DNA of 64,000 nucleotides, from contig MU004239.1 of NCBI GenBank assembly GCA_010405405.1, forward strand, positions 1,442,722 to 1,506,721, read 5' to 3'. This document shows, one piece after another, positions 50,287 through 61,692 of this stretch. Position 1 is the first letter of the stretch. The number at the start of each line of letters is the position of its first letter. Made by a program: the position numbers and the translations under genes. This stretch comes from Microthyrium microscopicum (Eukaryota). Below the pieces are notes generated by a model, which was given only the letters and a program-made list of their open reading frames with translations, was not told where the DNA came from and ran no database searches.

Positions 50287-51768
50287 TCATATTCGTGGTA
50301 CCTCCTCTAATCCTTTACCGTTTTTCCATATTTTCTCGCCCTTCGCCTTGTCGCTTCCGCCGCGTCTTATCTTCTTTCGGCGGCGGCCGAATAGTAAGAC
50401 CCAGCCGCGCATTGCCATCCTCCATGGCATTGCTGCAAGTGTGTAAATGCTTTGTGCTACCTGCGCGATTATCCCTTGAACCGTGTCGAGCGCCCATACT
50501 ACTAGTCCTGGTCTTTGAGCCATCCGCGAAGCTACGGCGGCGAGGGATAAGGCGTCGTTGACACGTTTATCTAGATCGCGGAGTCGGGCGTCTAGGACGA
50601 CGGATTGGAGGGATGCGCGCTTTTCGTACCGACGTACTGCGCGATTGAGCGCATCGAGTTGGGGTTGGAGAGACTGTTTAGCGTTGTTCACCATGGCTTC
50701 TTGCGCGGCTTGGGATGGTGGTTTGTCGGTTTTTGGAGATGGGGGAGGTGAGTGTGGTGCGTCATCTGCTGATTCGTTCAGACGAGACTCGAGCTGTTGA
50801 AGTCGTTGGTAGACGGGGCCCAGATCAGCAGTCACGGACTCGGAGGTTTGCTCGGCCTGATCGTAGTTGGCGATGATCTTTTGGAGGTGTAGTGTGCGTG
50901 CTTCCACGAGCTTGAAGAGGTGAATGATTGGCCGCACTTCGGCTGCCAGTACGAAGAGTGTTAGATTGGAATTTGAGACCAGGCCACCCGAAGGACGGGA
51001 TAGATATGGTCGGAGTGCGTGGAGGAGATAGGCGACGCCTAAGGGAGAAAGGAAGATTGTTGAGAGGGACATTAATTCGAGCTTTTGGAGACTTTGGCTT
51101 GCTTCGTGCTGTTGCCGCTGGAATAGCGAGGGACATGATCTACTTTCTTGCGCAATCGGGTGCGCATTATCCGCCATGCCATCAACGTCGTGTATAGCGC
51201 CCTCATTGTCTGTTCCGGCTTCTGTGACAGCTACATCTTCGTCTTCGAGATAATCTGGGTCGAAATCGACGAAAAGTTTGCCTTGCGCTGCATGGTACCA
51301 TTCCCACGGCCACTTGACGCTCCAATAGAGGAATAGACATCCAAGCGCGAGTATTAAGACGTCCGTCATAACAGCACCGCCATTCTCGAATATCATGCCG
51401 GACAGCGCGGGTAAAGCGACAAATGCCAGCGAAAACGCGTGCCAATGCGACCCCTCATCCTGCTTTGCGGCGTTTGCAGAGCCGTTCTCGTTGATGGTGG
51501 ATAAATATGCTGGATCGAGACCGATGTCCGTCGAAGAGTGGGAAAACTGACGATGGATTTTAGTAATGTTATAGCTCATCCGCCTGGGAAAAAACGGTAC
51601 CTGTCGCGATCTTGACTTGCGGAGGGGCGGAATGCCCGAATTGCTGTGGCCACCAGTAGACGTTCTACGCAGAGGCAGCCCTGTAGAGCGACGTGGGAGT
51701 TGCGCACCCGTAGCAGATATGAGAGGATCTTCCTCTAAGATTGAAGAAGTAGACCTTTCGGAGGCCAT
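50287..51768 (-). CDS. Hypothetical membrane protein with C-terminal coiled coil
   Basis: 493-aa ATG ORF with TM segments (FLYWSVKWPWEWY) and LDALNRAVRRYEKR coiled-coil stretch. Confidence 0.8.
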   Translation of the reverse strand: MASERSTSSILEEDPLISATGAQLPRRSTGLPLRRTSTGGHSNSGIPPLRKSRSRQVPFFPRRMSYNITKIHRQFSHSSTDIGLDPAYLSTINENGSANAAKQDEGSHWHAFSLAFVALPALSGMIFENGGAVMTDVLILALGCLFLYWSVKWPWEWYHAAQGKLFVDFDPDYLEDEDVAVTEAGTDNEGAIHDVDGMADNAHPIAQESRSCPSLFQRQQHEASQSLQKLELMSLSTIFLSPLGVAYLLHALRPYLSRPSGGLVSNSNLTLFVLAAEVRPIIHLFKLVEARTLHLQKIIANYDQAEQTSESVTADLGPVYQRLQQLESRLNESADDAPHSPPPSPKTDKPPSQAAQEAMVNNAKQSLQPQLDALNRAVRRYEKRASLQSVVLDARLRDLDKRVNDALSLAAVASRMAQRPGLVVWALDTVQGIIAQVAQSIYTLAAMPWRMAMRGWVLLFGRRRKKIRRGGSDKAKGEKIWKNGKGLEEVPRI

Positions 51769-54248
51769 TGTGAAGGAATCGGAGGTGTAGTTGGGATGAA
51801 TGGTTGACTAACGGTTGATCTACCAACTCGTCAAACGGCTATTGTTGATGTCGGGAGGCATTGGATTCGAATAGATCGGTGTAGTTTGAGCTTCAAACTC
51901 CGAATAGAAAGACACAACTTAAATTTCGGCTTATGATAATGGTGTGGTTGTATGATGGCGTGGGAGTGGTATCAGAGGTTGATATCGTCACAGTTGGCAT
52001 GCAAGCAAGCCGCGAGGGCCCAATGCAGGCAAGTCCATCCAGATGTCCACCCTTGATCCGCAGTGACGCTTTGACTGATCCCTTGGTGGACAGTTGCCCT
52101 GATAATTTTTTGATGGAGTTACTGTTGGTTGTTCTAACTGACTTGAATATAGAGCTGAAAATTCTGGATTTGTGCTTGGAGAGATTGGTGTATCCTCCAT
52201 CATATCATCTAACAGTACTAAGGTGACGAGTGCAACAGTAAAGCGTTCTGACGAGTTGCAATTTATGGTAGATTTCTCAACGAAATTGAAGATACTGGTT
52301 TCACCATATCTGTTACATCATGTACTGGTAAAGACTACGGATTGTAAAGTTCCTATTCAAGCTTGTACAGGCCTAATACTCTTGGAGAAGTAAGGACCAA
52401 GTCAAATAAGTACCTAAGTACCTAAGTACCTGTGAACTAGAAAGAAAATACAGTACACCATGAAACAAGCTAAAAGACGTAAGGGAGAGTCACTAATGGA
52501 GGAGCCGTATGAAAGGAAGATCGCCTTCCGATGAGCATCGTGTAATGAGATCAGCGCTGAGTGTCTATATATGAGAAGACCTAATTTTCGATCTATGGTA
52601 AAAGGGACATGCACAAAGTGTGAGATATATCGTATGTGGCATGTGCAAATGGAAAAGAAGGTGTAGAGAATCTAGTCTAAAAATAGATCGTGCATAAGAC
52701 GATATGAGAATGGCCCACGGTGTCCAACAGCAAATTCGACTGTCTACATAGCGAAATTATTCTACATTTAATGTTTTGGTACCGATCAGTATGATGAACT
52801 TCCTGCAGCGAAGTTTTAATCAGTATCCATGGAGAACATCTTCTAGTATGCGTCAAAATTGCCAATGCCCACCAGAATCCGAACAATCCCATCCCAGTGG
52901 TGGATATCTACTCCGAGGCAAAGATCTTACTCCAATGTGCGTGCGACTCATCTATCGACTTTACAACAAATAAGTGGCGGGAAGTGTAACGACTTCCTGG
53001 ATGAAGTCTTGAAACTACGGGGAAAGACCTAGTTCTCTACAGCCTTTGGACCGATTCCCGCATGCACGTACTACTGAAGTGCGTCAACAGGGAAGATATC
53101 AGTCCTCTTTTTGAAAGCTTTGCCGTGGATCTCGAAAATAAAGTTGATTAGACAGGCGATCTGCAGTCAGATCTGAAGGCATTTGGTTGGCGGTTGGTAA
53201 CTCGTACTGCATGTTGGTGTGTTCCCGAGAAAAGGATGTCTGATATCCCGAACACTGCCACACTCGTTCCCCCCTGGTCAATTGTTGGCACCACTGGCGG
53301 CGGCGAGGGCAGACTATTGTTACGATCAGGCGAATAGTGCTTTCAGCTGACTGCAGTTTACGGCTGACGGAAGTGCCTGGAGGTTTTAGTAAATTTGGAC
53401 TGATTTATAGAAAGTCTAGACGGTAAATATAATGGAAAGAAATAGAGACATGTTGAAATCGGGGCAGGAGGAGGAACAATGATATATCTTTGTGACTTGT
53501 GAGCGGCCAAGGTAAACCAGCCTTGTGTCTGACTTGGATCGGCCGGTATATTGGGATGTCTTGTAATAGTTTATAGACAAACTAGAAAAGTCTGGATGAA
53601 AGCAAGACACTTAGGCTCAGAGGTGCTCAAGAGGCTGAAGATGCGGCGATACAGAGGGCGACTAATGGGCCTAGATCCCTGTCCTTTCAAAGCGGCAGTG
53701 ACGACCAAACAGCCTTAACAACCCCCAGTCGTTCCTTCTCATCTCGAGGTGACCATCACCAATTGTCTTTTCTCCAACTCAACTCCTGCTCAACCACCCT
53801 TGATCCCTCCCATTCATCCTTCCCCCTCTCTTCACTTCTTTCATACTCTGTACTTTCTTACCTTTCCTACTGCATTTTTCGTCCTTGTACGCCCTTCTGC
53901 TACTCGGCAATCCCTTCTTCTCGTCTCTTCTTGCCCTTTGCTTCTTCCTGCATCCCTTGTGCCCAGGGCCCCAGAACACTGCATAGCCGCTGCGTAATAC
54001 CCATCAAGCCTTTTCTATTCCATCCAAGTACGAGGTCGAGATCGCTACCAGGATTCATCCCAGCCTACTTCCAACCAAACCACCTTTTCTTCCTCAAGCG
54101 CCCTCCTCTGACTTCTTTCCTCCTTGCTGCTATTATCCAGCTTTCCCGCAACATCCTGCCATCACCCTTTCCTTCCCGTTTACAACGTTTCTGGCCGGTC
54201 TGCCGCAAACACAATGATATTCCCAGCATCTCGTCCCTGCGTCCAAAT

Positions 54249-57200
54249 ATGACATCCCTCAACAACTGGGGCCCGTCTTCGACCTCTTTTCCTCGTTCCT
54301 CTAGCATATCATTCACGGCTTCCCAACCATGGCTGACCTTTCTACTCGCCATATTCCTGCCCACGCAGATACTCGCTGCTTTCGTTCCATTCTCCAATTG
54401 CCTGGACCAGAGCATCATACAATCTAATAATCCGCAACAACTTCAGTTTGTCCCTCTTTATGTAGACGCCAAATTCGATCTAGAGAATGAGAGTCATGGA
54501 TTGGGGATAACAGTCTATGGGAATGTGACGGGGCAAAGTACTGCAGATACTAGATCATATCCTCCGCCAACAGATCCGATATGGGGGAACAAAACAGATC
54601 CATTCGGAAAGATTGTTGATGCGACAGCAAACTTTACTACTCTCTTCACACAGTTTGACTTTCTATCCTATACTCCCTACAATGCACAGCCTGCCCGATT
54701 CTGCAATACCACTCGAGGCTCTGAATGTCCTTGGGGACCCCTTTTCGGCAAGAATGCCAGTGATCCACAGGAATTACATGCCTTTGCTGTTTCCCACAAC
54801 ATGTCAAGTACCTATGAATTCACTACCCTCTTCGCTACAATGAAGATCAAGTCTGGAGATACTGGATCCCCACTAGTCGCTTGTGTGCAGGTCAACGTCA
54901 CACCAGATCTGGGACCAGCAATGTCAGGTGCTTTTAGATGGGTACCTATCGTGATTCTGGGACTGGTGGGCATTGCAACGTTTCTCGCTGCTAAGTATCA
55001 CCCCTCCAGCTCCAAGAACTTTTTCTACTGGTCAAGCAACTACGGGAGAGATGAGGATCTTCTAAGGTTGTTGACTCCTGGATTCGCAGACTGTTTGCAA
55101 TACATTCAGTTTGTTGTTCTTTCTGGCAGTCTGTCTCTGGCTTATCCCGGATTCTATCAACCTGTGGTCAGTAAAGTGGCCTGGTCGACACTCACATTCA
55201 ATGAGAGTTTTGTCTCACGCGGCAATGGATCACAATCTCTTGTGGACGGCATTTATCGAACCAATGGCACATATGGCTTATCAAACTTGGCTCAGCTAGT
55301 CGGCATGACTACGGATTCAGATATATGGCCAGGAATGGCAGTATGGCTCTTGGTCATAGTTGGTTCAGTAGTCGTCCTATCACAGATCGGATTCGTGGTG
55401 CACTGGGGCTTCAGAAAATACAACAAGTCAGAGCCACAAGATTTGCGAAGCAAGAACCTCCCATTCACTGTGGGCAACGTGACAAGGATTGTTTACAACT
55501 ACTTGCTTCTACCTATTGTTTCCCTGTCAATATTTCAACTGGTTGTAGCAGGCCGTTCTCCCGGATGGGAAGTTGCTCTGTCGCTTGTCGTTTTGGTATC
55601 AATCATGGGATTTGCGGTCTGGACTTTCTACCTCATCTTCTCCGCCAATCCTCGTGTCAAATTATTTGACCATCTTCCTTCTCTGCTGATGTATGGCCCA
55701 TTGTACAATACGTACTCTGACGAAGCTGCGCCATTTGCCTTGATCCCGGTGTTCCTTAACTTTGTGAGAGGATTAGCCATTGGTGCAGTTCAGCCTTCTG
55801 GAGTCGCTCAGCTTGTCATTCTAGCTATTTGCGAAATCGTTTTCATCTTAACGATTCATGCCTTTCACCCGTTCCAACATATGACGTCTATGAACGCCTA
55901 TCACACCATCTTTTCAGTCCTACGATTTCTGGCACTTTTGCTTAGTATCGCATTCGTTCCATCATTGGACGTGGATGAAGGCATCAAAGGATGGATCGGC
56001 TATGCGATTCTGTTTTTGCATGCTGCAGTTCTGATCTTCGGATTCTTCCTGAATGCGATCCAGACTTTGATAGAAGTCTTCGCCCGAATGGCCGGTGCTG
56101 GTGAGAATCCAAGCGGTCTGGCTCGAGTGTTTGGAGTTCGCCAACTATCAAAGAGGCACGAAAGACCTCATAGTTTGAGTTCTAGTGCAGCCATGTTAGA
56201 TGAAGGCATGAAATCACCACATAACAGATTGACCAGCTTATCTGCCAATAGCAGACTTTCGTCTATCGATAGATTAAGTCAAGGTTATGAAGGTTATTCT
56301 CATGGAGAGGATTTGAGTGTTCGGTCTGGCCCAAGTCCCAGTCCTAGTACGCCTGGTACCAACCAACCAAACGGATTTTCATTTCTTCCAGGACCCGGTG
56401 AATACCAGAGACGGGGTAGTGGCTCTCTCTCGGTTCCCGCGCCATACTACCGGCCTCCTAGACAAAGACGTACAACTTTGGAAACGGCAACCGAAGGCCG
56501 CAGCCTTGAACTTCAAGCTACAGATGGAGCCGCCCGCGAACCAATATCTGTAGAGCCGGCCAATGACCTACGGCGAAACTCGATAATGTCGGCCGCTTTC
56601 AGAGACGAGTCAGACGCGGATAGAAGGAAACAGACGGACTACTATAGCAGCCGCGAGGCTGATTTCCTCTATGGAGTACAGCGAGGCCCTGCTCTAAATA
56701 ATACTCCAACACGACGAAGAGGTACTGGTCCGGCAGATCCAATGCATCCGATAAGCACAGCTACTGGTTGGTTTAAAGGTCTCTTCGGCGCAAGATCGAA
56801 GGAAAAGGGCAAAGGCTTCGAAGTTGTGCGAAGTACCCCTTTGCACCGTCTAAGAGAGCAAGACGGCAGCTTACACCCAATGATTCAAGAACCACTTGAG
56901 CCATACACCGATGGACCAACTAGTCCACCAAAAGCAAACCCTCAGCCTGAGCGAGGTATAAGCATGGCTCGCCCACCACCGACCCGCGAAAGAAGCATGA
57001 GCGATGATCTTCTTCTCCCTGGTGGTGCACCATCTTTAAGACCTCTTTCACTAGGAGGCAGTATCACTCTGCCCGAGCGTGCCAACGCCAGAAATACCGG
57101 CGGGCTTAAGGACATGGAACCCGAGTTAGTTGATACGGCCTCTGGCTCGCCTACCAGGCGCACTCAACTTAAGGACAAGAATATTTTCGTTGAACGACAA

Positions 57201-57548
57201 CCATCGTTCCAACGTACTTCACCCTATATCGACTCGGCGTTCCCTCCAAATCGTGTTCCATTTCACTCCGACTACCAGGGTAAACAATCCGAAAACAATT
57301 CCATGACCTCCAGCATATACCCGCCCAGCATTCCTCCTGACGATCCATTCAACCCCACTCGGGCGTCCGGGCATTTCAAGGCTGGTCAAGTTAGCCATCA
57401 TCTGGCCGCTGAGAGCATGCATACTTATGCTTTAAATCCATCACACATGGGTAGTGCTGCTGAGCTAGTTGATTCACCTTCACTCGATGTACCTCTGGCG
57501 GATGGCACAGCGGCGCCGAAAGAGCCACATTACGGCAACATGATATAG
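54249..57548 (+). CDS. TRP-like/flavin-carrier (FLC/Pkd2) family membrane protein with luminal ML-like domain
   Basis: Signal/TM then FSNCL..LQFVP luminal domain; TPGFADCLQYIQF..LSLAYPGFYQP; about 9 TM helices; long disordered tail. Confidence 0.85.
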   Translation: MTSLNNWGPSSTSFPRSSSISFTASQPWLTFLLAIFLPTQILAAFVPFSNCLDQSIIQSNNPQQLQFVPLYVDAKFDLENESHGLGITVYGNVTGQSTADTRSYPPPTDPIWGNKTDPFGKIVDATANFTTLFTQFDFLSYTPYNAQPARFCNTTRGSECPWGPLFGKNASDPQELHAFAVSHNMSSTYEFTTLFATMKIKSGDTGSPLVACVQVNVTPDLGPAMSGAFRWVPIVILGLVGIATFLAAKYHPSSSKNFFYWSSNYGRDEDLLRLLTPGFADCLQYIQFVVLSGSLSLAYPGFYQPVVSKVAWSTLTFNESFVSRGNGSQSLVDGIYRTNGTYGLSNLAQLVGMTTDSDIWPGMAVWLLVIVGSVVVLSQIGFVVHWGFRKYNKSEPQDLRSKNLPFTVGNVTRIVYNYLLLPIVSLSIFQLVVAGRSPGWEVALSLVVLVSIMGFAVWTFYLIFSANPRVKLFDHLPSLLMYGPLYNTYSDEAAPFALIPVFLNFVRGLAIGAVQPSGVAQLVILAICEIVFILTIHAFHPFQHMTSMNAYHTIFSVLRFLALLLSIAFVPSLDVDEGIKGWIGYAILFLHAAVLIFGFFLNAIQTLIEVFARMAGAGENPSGLARVFGVRQLSKRHERPHSLSSSAAMLDEGMKSPHNRLTSLSANSRLSSIDRLSQGYEGYSHGEDLSVRSGPSPSPSTPGTNQPNGFSFLPGPGEYQRRGSGSLSVPAPYYRPPRQRRTTLETATEGRSLELQATDGAAREPISVEPANDLRRNSIMSAAFRDESDADRRKQTDYYSSREADFLYGVQRGPALNNTPTRRRGTGPADPMHPISTATGWFKGLFGARSKEKGKGFEVVRSTPLHRLREQDGSLHPMIQEPLEPYTDGPTSPPKANPQPERGISMARPPPTRERSMSDDLLLPGGAPSLRPLSLGGSITLPERANARNTGGLKDMEPELVDTASGSPTRRTQLKDKNIFVERQPSFQRTSPYIDSAFPPNRVPFHSDYQGKQSENNSMTSSIYPPSIPPDDPFNPTRASGHFKAGQVSHHLAAESMHTYALNPSHMGSAAELVDSPSLDVPLADGTAAPKEPHYGNMI

Positions 57549-57910
57549 ATCTTGCACTCTTGCGTTTTGTAACTGGATTTTGGATTACACGAAATCGAGT
57601 TCTTGTGTTTATAGCAAATAGCGTTTGGCGTTTTTGGTTCAAAAAGGGGCATTGTGTTTTCCGAGGGATGTGTATGTGTATATGTTGCAAGGCAACAGAG
57701 CGATGGCCGATAAATACCCACTGATGGCTTGAAATGAACCTTTTCTCTAACTTATCCCCTGTCTCCCACATGAACATCCTCTATCTTGCTGCCTACCCGC
57801 TCATCATAATAGGCTTACTAATAACCTCACAGTGCATCAAAACACCATCAATCAATATCAACGAGTCCATTTCTATCTTCCCCATCTCACTACCATCATA
57901 CGGCAAATAT

Positions 57911-59162
57911 CTATTCTGCAATGCCCAACTTGACCGCCTCAGCCCTGAGCGCCGCCAACTCCCGATTCATGCCCTGCTGCGCCTTGATATGCTCCGAAAA
58001 AATTGGCTGCAAACTCGCCTCGTTGGCCGCATCAACAACCTTGTGTCCCAGCGCTTCCTGGCCCTTGTTCAACTTTGTATTGAAATCCAAACCTTCCTCA
58101 TCCTCCTTCTTCTTAAACGCCTCATACTTTGCCTGAAACTCCGGCGGAAACACCCCCCTCTCCTTATCACTAACCTTTGGCACCGGGCCCGTCGGCGCAT
58201 CATATTTGCCGGCGTACTTTGGTGGCCCGGGCACTTTGTAGCTTTCCCAGTTTGTCTGTGCGCCGCTGGGCGTGTAGAGCGCGTACACGAGACTTGGATC
58301 GCTGCGTGTGTATCCGCCGGGGAACTTCACGCCTTGTGGTTTTGCGGTTCCGTTGCTCGTGATGCCGATGTTGAAGCAGTGGCTGTAGAACTGGGGGCCG
58401 GTTTTGGTGGCGTAGTGTAGGGACATTAGTTCGGTGCGGAGAACGTAGGTTCCTGGGGCGATGTCGGAGGGCAGTTGGAAGGTGTCTTTGCGGTCGTGTT
58501 TGTTGAGCTCTTCGTTCGCCCTGGAGGATATGGTGTTAGTATAAGTTGGATGGTGTGGTTGGATGGTGGGAAAGTGGTTACCATAGTTTGTCGACTGCGT
58601 TGTAGCCGTGCTCGGCTATCTTGAAGAATGAGAGTGATTGGGGTTTTGCGTCGGGTGAGGGTAATAGCGCGAGATACTGCGTTTTGTGTCAGTGGGTAGG
58701 TGAGAGAATGGGGATGGGGAGGTCATACGGTCATGACTGGACCGTAGTGGGTGCGCACGATGCCGCTCCACTGGACTGTAACGTTTGCGCCTGCTCGGGC
58801 GACCGCCTTGAGGGCTGGTGGTGTTGGGCTGAGACCGCCTGTATGTTCATCAGAATCTGTCTCGCAAGTTATGGGAAGAAGATCGGTTTCTCACGTACAA
58901 GTGATTCCAGCGCTGTTGACATCTGAGACAGGCCCCCATGGTACACCGGCATCTCTGAAGCCCCATTCGATACGCTTGGCTCCAAGTTTGCCGTCCATAC
59001 GGGTGTCACGGGCAGGATAGTTTGTGCCATCGATATCTTGTTTCTCAAGTCAGTGGTTGTCTAGCGACTTCCTATTCTTGGGGTGGCATTACCGAGATTC
59101 CATACTCCAGAGTGAGCGAGAGCTACTCCGGTTGAAAGCGCTACAGTGAGGAAGGACTTCAT
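57911..59162 (-). CDS. AA9 LPMO with a charged C-terminal extension
   Basis: MKSFLTVALSTGVALA then His (HSGV); HYGP, FFKI, GTYVLRTELMSLH, PQFYSHC, VKFPGGY; four introns. Confidence 0.88.
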
Positions 59163-59635
59163 GTTTGCGGAACAAATGAGTGTGTTGGTTGAAATTGGCG
59201 ATAGCTATTTCGACATCCTGTAGGAGGAGGTACGCAATTGGATCTATATAGCACTCGGGAAGTCCGACTGTGTTGGAGTCCAGATGACATTGTTAAAGCC
59301 TAGCTGTGGTTAAGCCAATAGATGGCAGCAGAGGGAAGAGCCGGTTTCCAGATAAGAAGAAGGCCACGAAGTAGGTGCTAGAGGTATATTAATTATGACT
59401 TTCGTTATATACCATATTGGTGACCAGGGTTTGGATTCCGATTGAAGATCCGGACTAGATCGACACTGAACGTTCGTCGATGGAGATGGTATCATCTATT
59501 TGAAACATATAAAGCTGCAATTCCTGGCACAGCTCGAAAATGGACAAATTACTGTCTACAGCGATCCTACTTTTTGAATTATCTGAGTTGAGTGATTAAT
59601 GATGCAAGTGGACGTCTATGATTGCTTTGGAATAT

Positions 59636-59848
59636 CAACCGAAGGACAAAATAACTGGCGTGCCCCCATCGACTTCTATGGCTCCCATCTGCTACGCTTT
59701 ATTATCGAGTGCTTTATTTCCTAAGGACTACGTTTATTCTACCACTATTGATCGATTATGATGGGAGTTATGGTATTTGCTGTTTAGAAGCGTTGGTGGG
59801 AGCCATTGGAGTTGATGAGAGCACGCCAGTTATTTTGTCCACCGGTTG
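59636..59848. mobile_element. Fold-back (MITE-like) element, best-preserved copy, intergenic
   Basis: Perfect 20-bp inverted repeat GGACAAAATAACTGGCGTGC 59644-59663/59821-59840; ends CAACCG/CGGTTG; 213 bp. Confidence 0.85.
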
Positions 59849-60120
59849 GCATATGCAATATGACACAAAACTGAACCCAGGAGGTTCTGATAAACTTGAA
59901 GGTGAAGGCTGGAAATATTTGACATCACAAAGCGAACGTTTTCAAAGCAAGGACTTGAGCGTCCAAAAATAGTAAGCGTCTATAAACTACCATCTGTTTC
60001 AAATACTTTCGGAGTCTGTATTTCGTTCAGGTATGGATTGTATTGTGTTTTCAGACATCTAATTCCTTCTCACATTCTCGATCCACAAACATAAAGCATT
60101 CAACTGTACTTTCTGGAATC

Positions 60121-60465
60121 TCAACCACGACCTGGGCATTCGTAAGGTCCATCAGCCAAGCTTCCATGAGTGCCACAAATGGCACCATCGCCAGCGCCAG
60201 AGCCTTTAGTACAACTTCCTGAACTGCACCTGTAGTTCAATCCCGCAACTTTGCAAGAAGTGCCATTGCATTTCTAAGATGTGTCAGTCATTTATCATGT
60301 ACATATAAACATATCGATACTCACACCGCAGAAGTCCCAGCCATTGGGACAATTTCCAATCTCGGTACTGTCAACTCCCTCAACGGAGCTGGCGGTGCTT
60401 TCTGCTGGAGCTGCCGCGACAAAGGCAGCCAGCAATAGGGTAAGAACAGATGCTGAGAACTTCAT
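60121..60465 (-). CDS. Small secreted 8-Cys, Gly-rich protein (97 aa)
   Basis: Signal peptide; intron 60274-60324; CPNGWDFCG|KCNGTSCKVAGLNYRCSSGSCTKGSGAGDGAICG..ECPGRG*. Confidence 0.85.
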
Positions 60466-61210
60466 GGTGAATTGTATTGAACGATGTTCTTGTTTGGATT
60501 GGGAAGGTCGTTGAAAGGTATGATTGATATTGGTGTCTTTGGTAGTTGATGGAGAGATGAACTGTGTTATATAGGAGATATCTTCACACATGGAATAGGC
60601 ACTTATATACCTCCCATTTCAGCTGTAGAGAACTATTGAATCAGTGACTTCGTCCTTGATCGACGAGTATAATCCTAATTCCATTGTCACATCAAAGATC
60701 TTCAGAATGTAACCTCCTCAGAATCGGTCTCGGTGTTGTACGATGATAGTCAAGCCTGACTGAATCCTGCTTCTCCACTATACTAACTCAAAATGAAGCT
60801 GTGCAATAATCTGTAGGTGCTTTGCAAGAAGGATTATAACAATGGCTGTGGAGATATTCAATATGCTGGTCGAAAATCATGAGTAGGGGCCAAGTATAGG
60901 ATTCCTCGGTCGTCACCGACCATGGGTACTTTGGTACGCGTAATAAAAGTACAAAATTAGACGAAATCCTTCGAGCTTGCCTTGAGTAATGCATGTTAGT
61001 GACTTCAGCGTATTGTAGCTACCTACCTAGGTAGGTATCTTTGGTAGATGATATTGTGTAGGCGTCAAAATAGATACAGGTAGGTACACACTTATCACGA
61101 ATTTGGAGACATGAAATGTTCACCTCGGCAGGATTCACCTAGCTATTACGCGACTTGTAATTCATCAACTTTCGGTCATGTTTTCCTCAAGCAAGCATAC
61201 TGGTTCCTTT

Positions 61211-61358
61211 ATCGAATGCGCTGGTAGTCATCGAATGCGCTGGTAGTCATCGAATGCGCTGGTAGTCGTCGAATGCGCTGGTAGTCATCGAATGCGCTGG
61301 TAGTCGTCGAATGCGCTGGTAGTCATCGAATGCGCTGGTAGTCATCGAATGTGCTAGT
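61211..61358. repeat. 19-bp tandem minisatellite, 7 full units plus 1 partial
   Basis: Unit RTCGAATGCGCTGGTAGTC at 61211, 61230, 61249, 61268, 61287, 61306, 61325 and 61344 (partial). Confidence 0.95.
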
Positions 61359-61692
61359 GAATGGAAACATGACGGCAAAATAAAATAGGTGCTTCAATGG
61401 AGTGCCAAGATCCCCCATGACCACAATCTTCGATGAGTGTTTTGTTTACCCGATGGCGTTTAGGCTTGCTTGGGTTGTTTGTTGAAATTAGGAGGATGAG
61501 AACAACCTCGTCTATACAGAAGCAGTAGTAGTAACCACCGCCATGGATAGGAACATTCCATTTGTTCTAACAGTCATTGAGATAGTCATTCGATATTGAA
61601 ATGCAATGGAAAACCGAAGAAAACATGTTATTATATACTTCGCCTAACTAAGTGCCGAACACTTTGATAGCTATGATACATGTATGACACTG

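Noticed and set aside
53763..54248. 162-codon N-terminal extension of the TRP-like ORF from a TTG
   Set aside because: Pyrimidine-rich leader is naturally stop-poor; ATG 54249 has good context and precedes the signal/TM segment.
57734..58420. 228-aa + strand ORF
   Set aside because: Antisense to the AA9 last exon; no recognisable motifs.
61020..61037. Perfect 18-bp palindrome TACCTACCTAGGTAGGTA (and TAAGTACC x3 at ~52407)
   Set aside because: TACC/GGTA simple-repeat palindromes are common in fungal intergenic DNA.
61211..61358. CRISPR-like regular repeat
   Set aside because: Units are contiguous with no unique spacers, there are no cas genes and the genome is eukaryotic.
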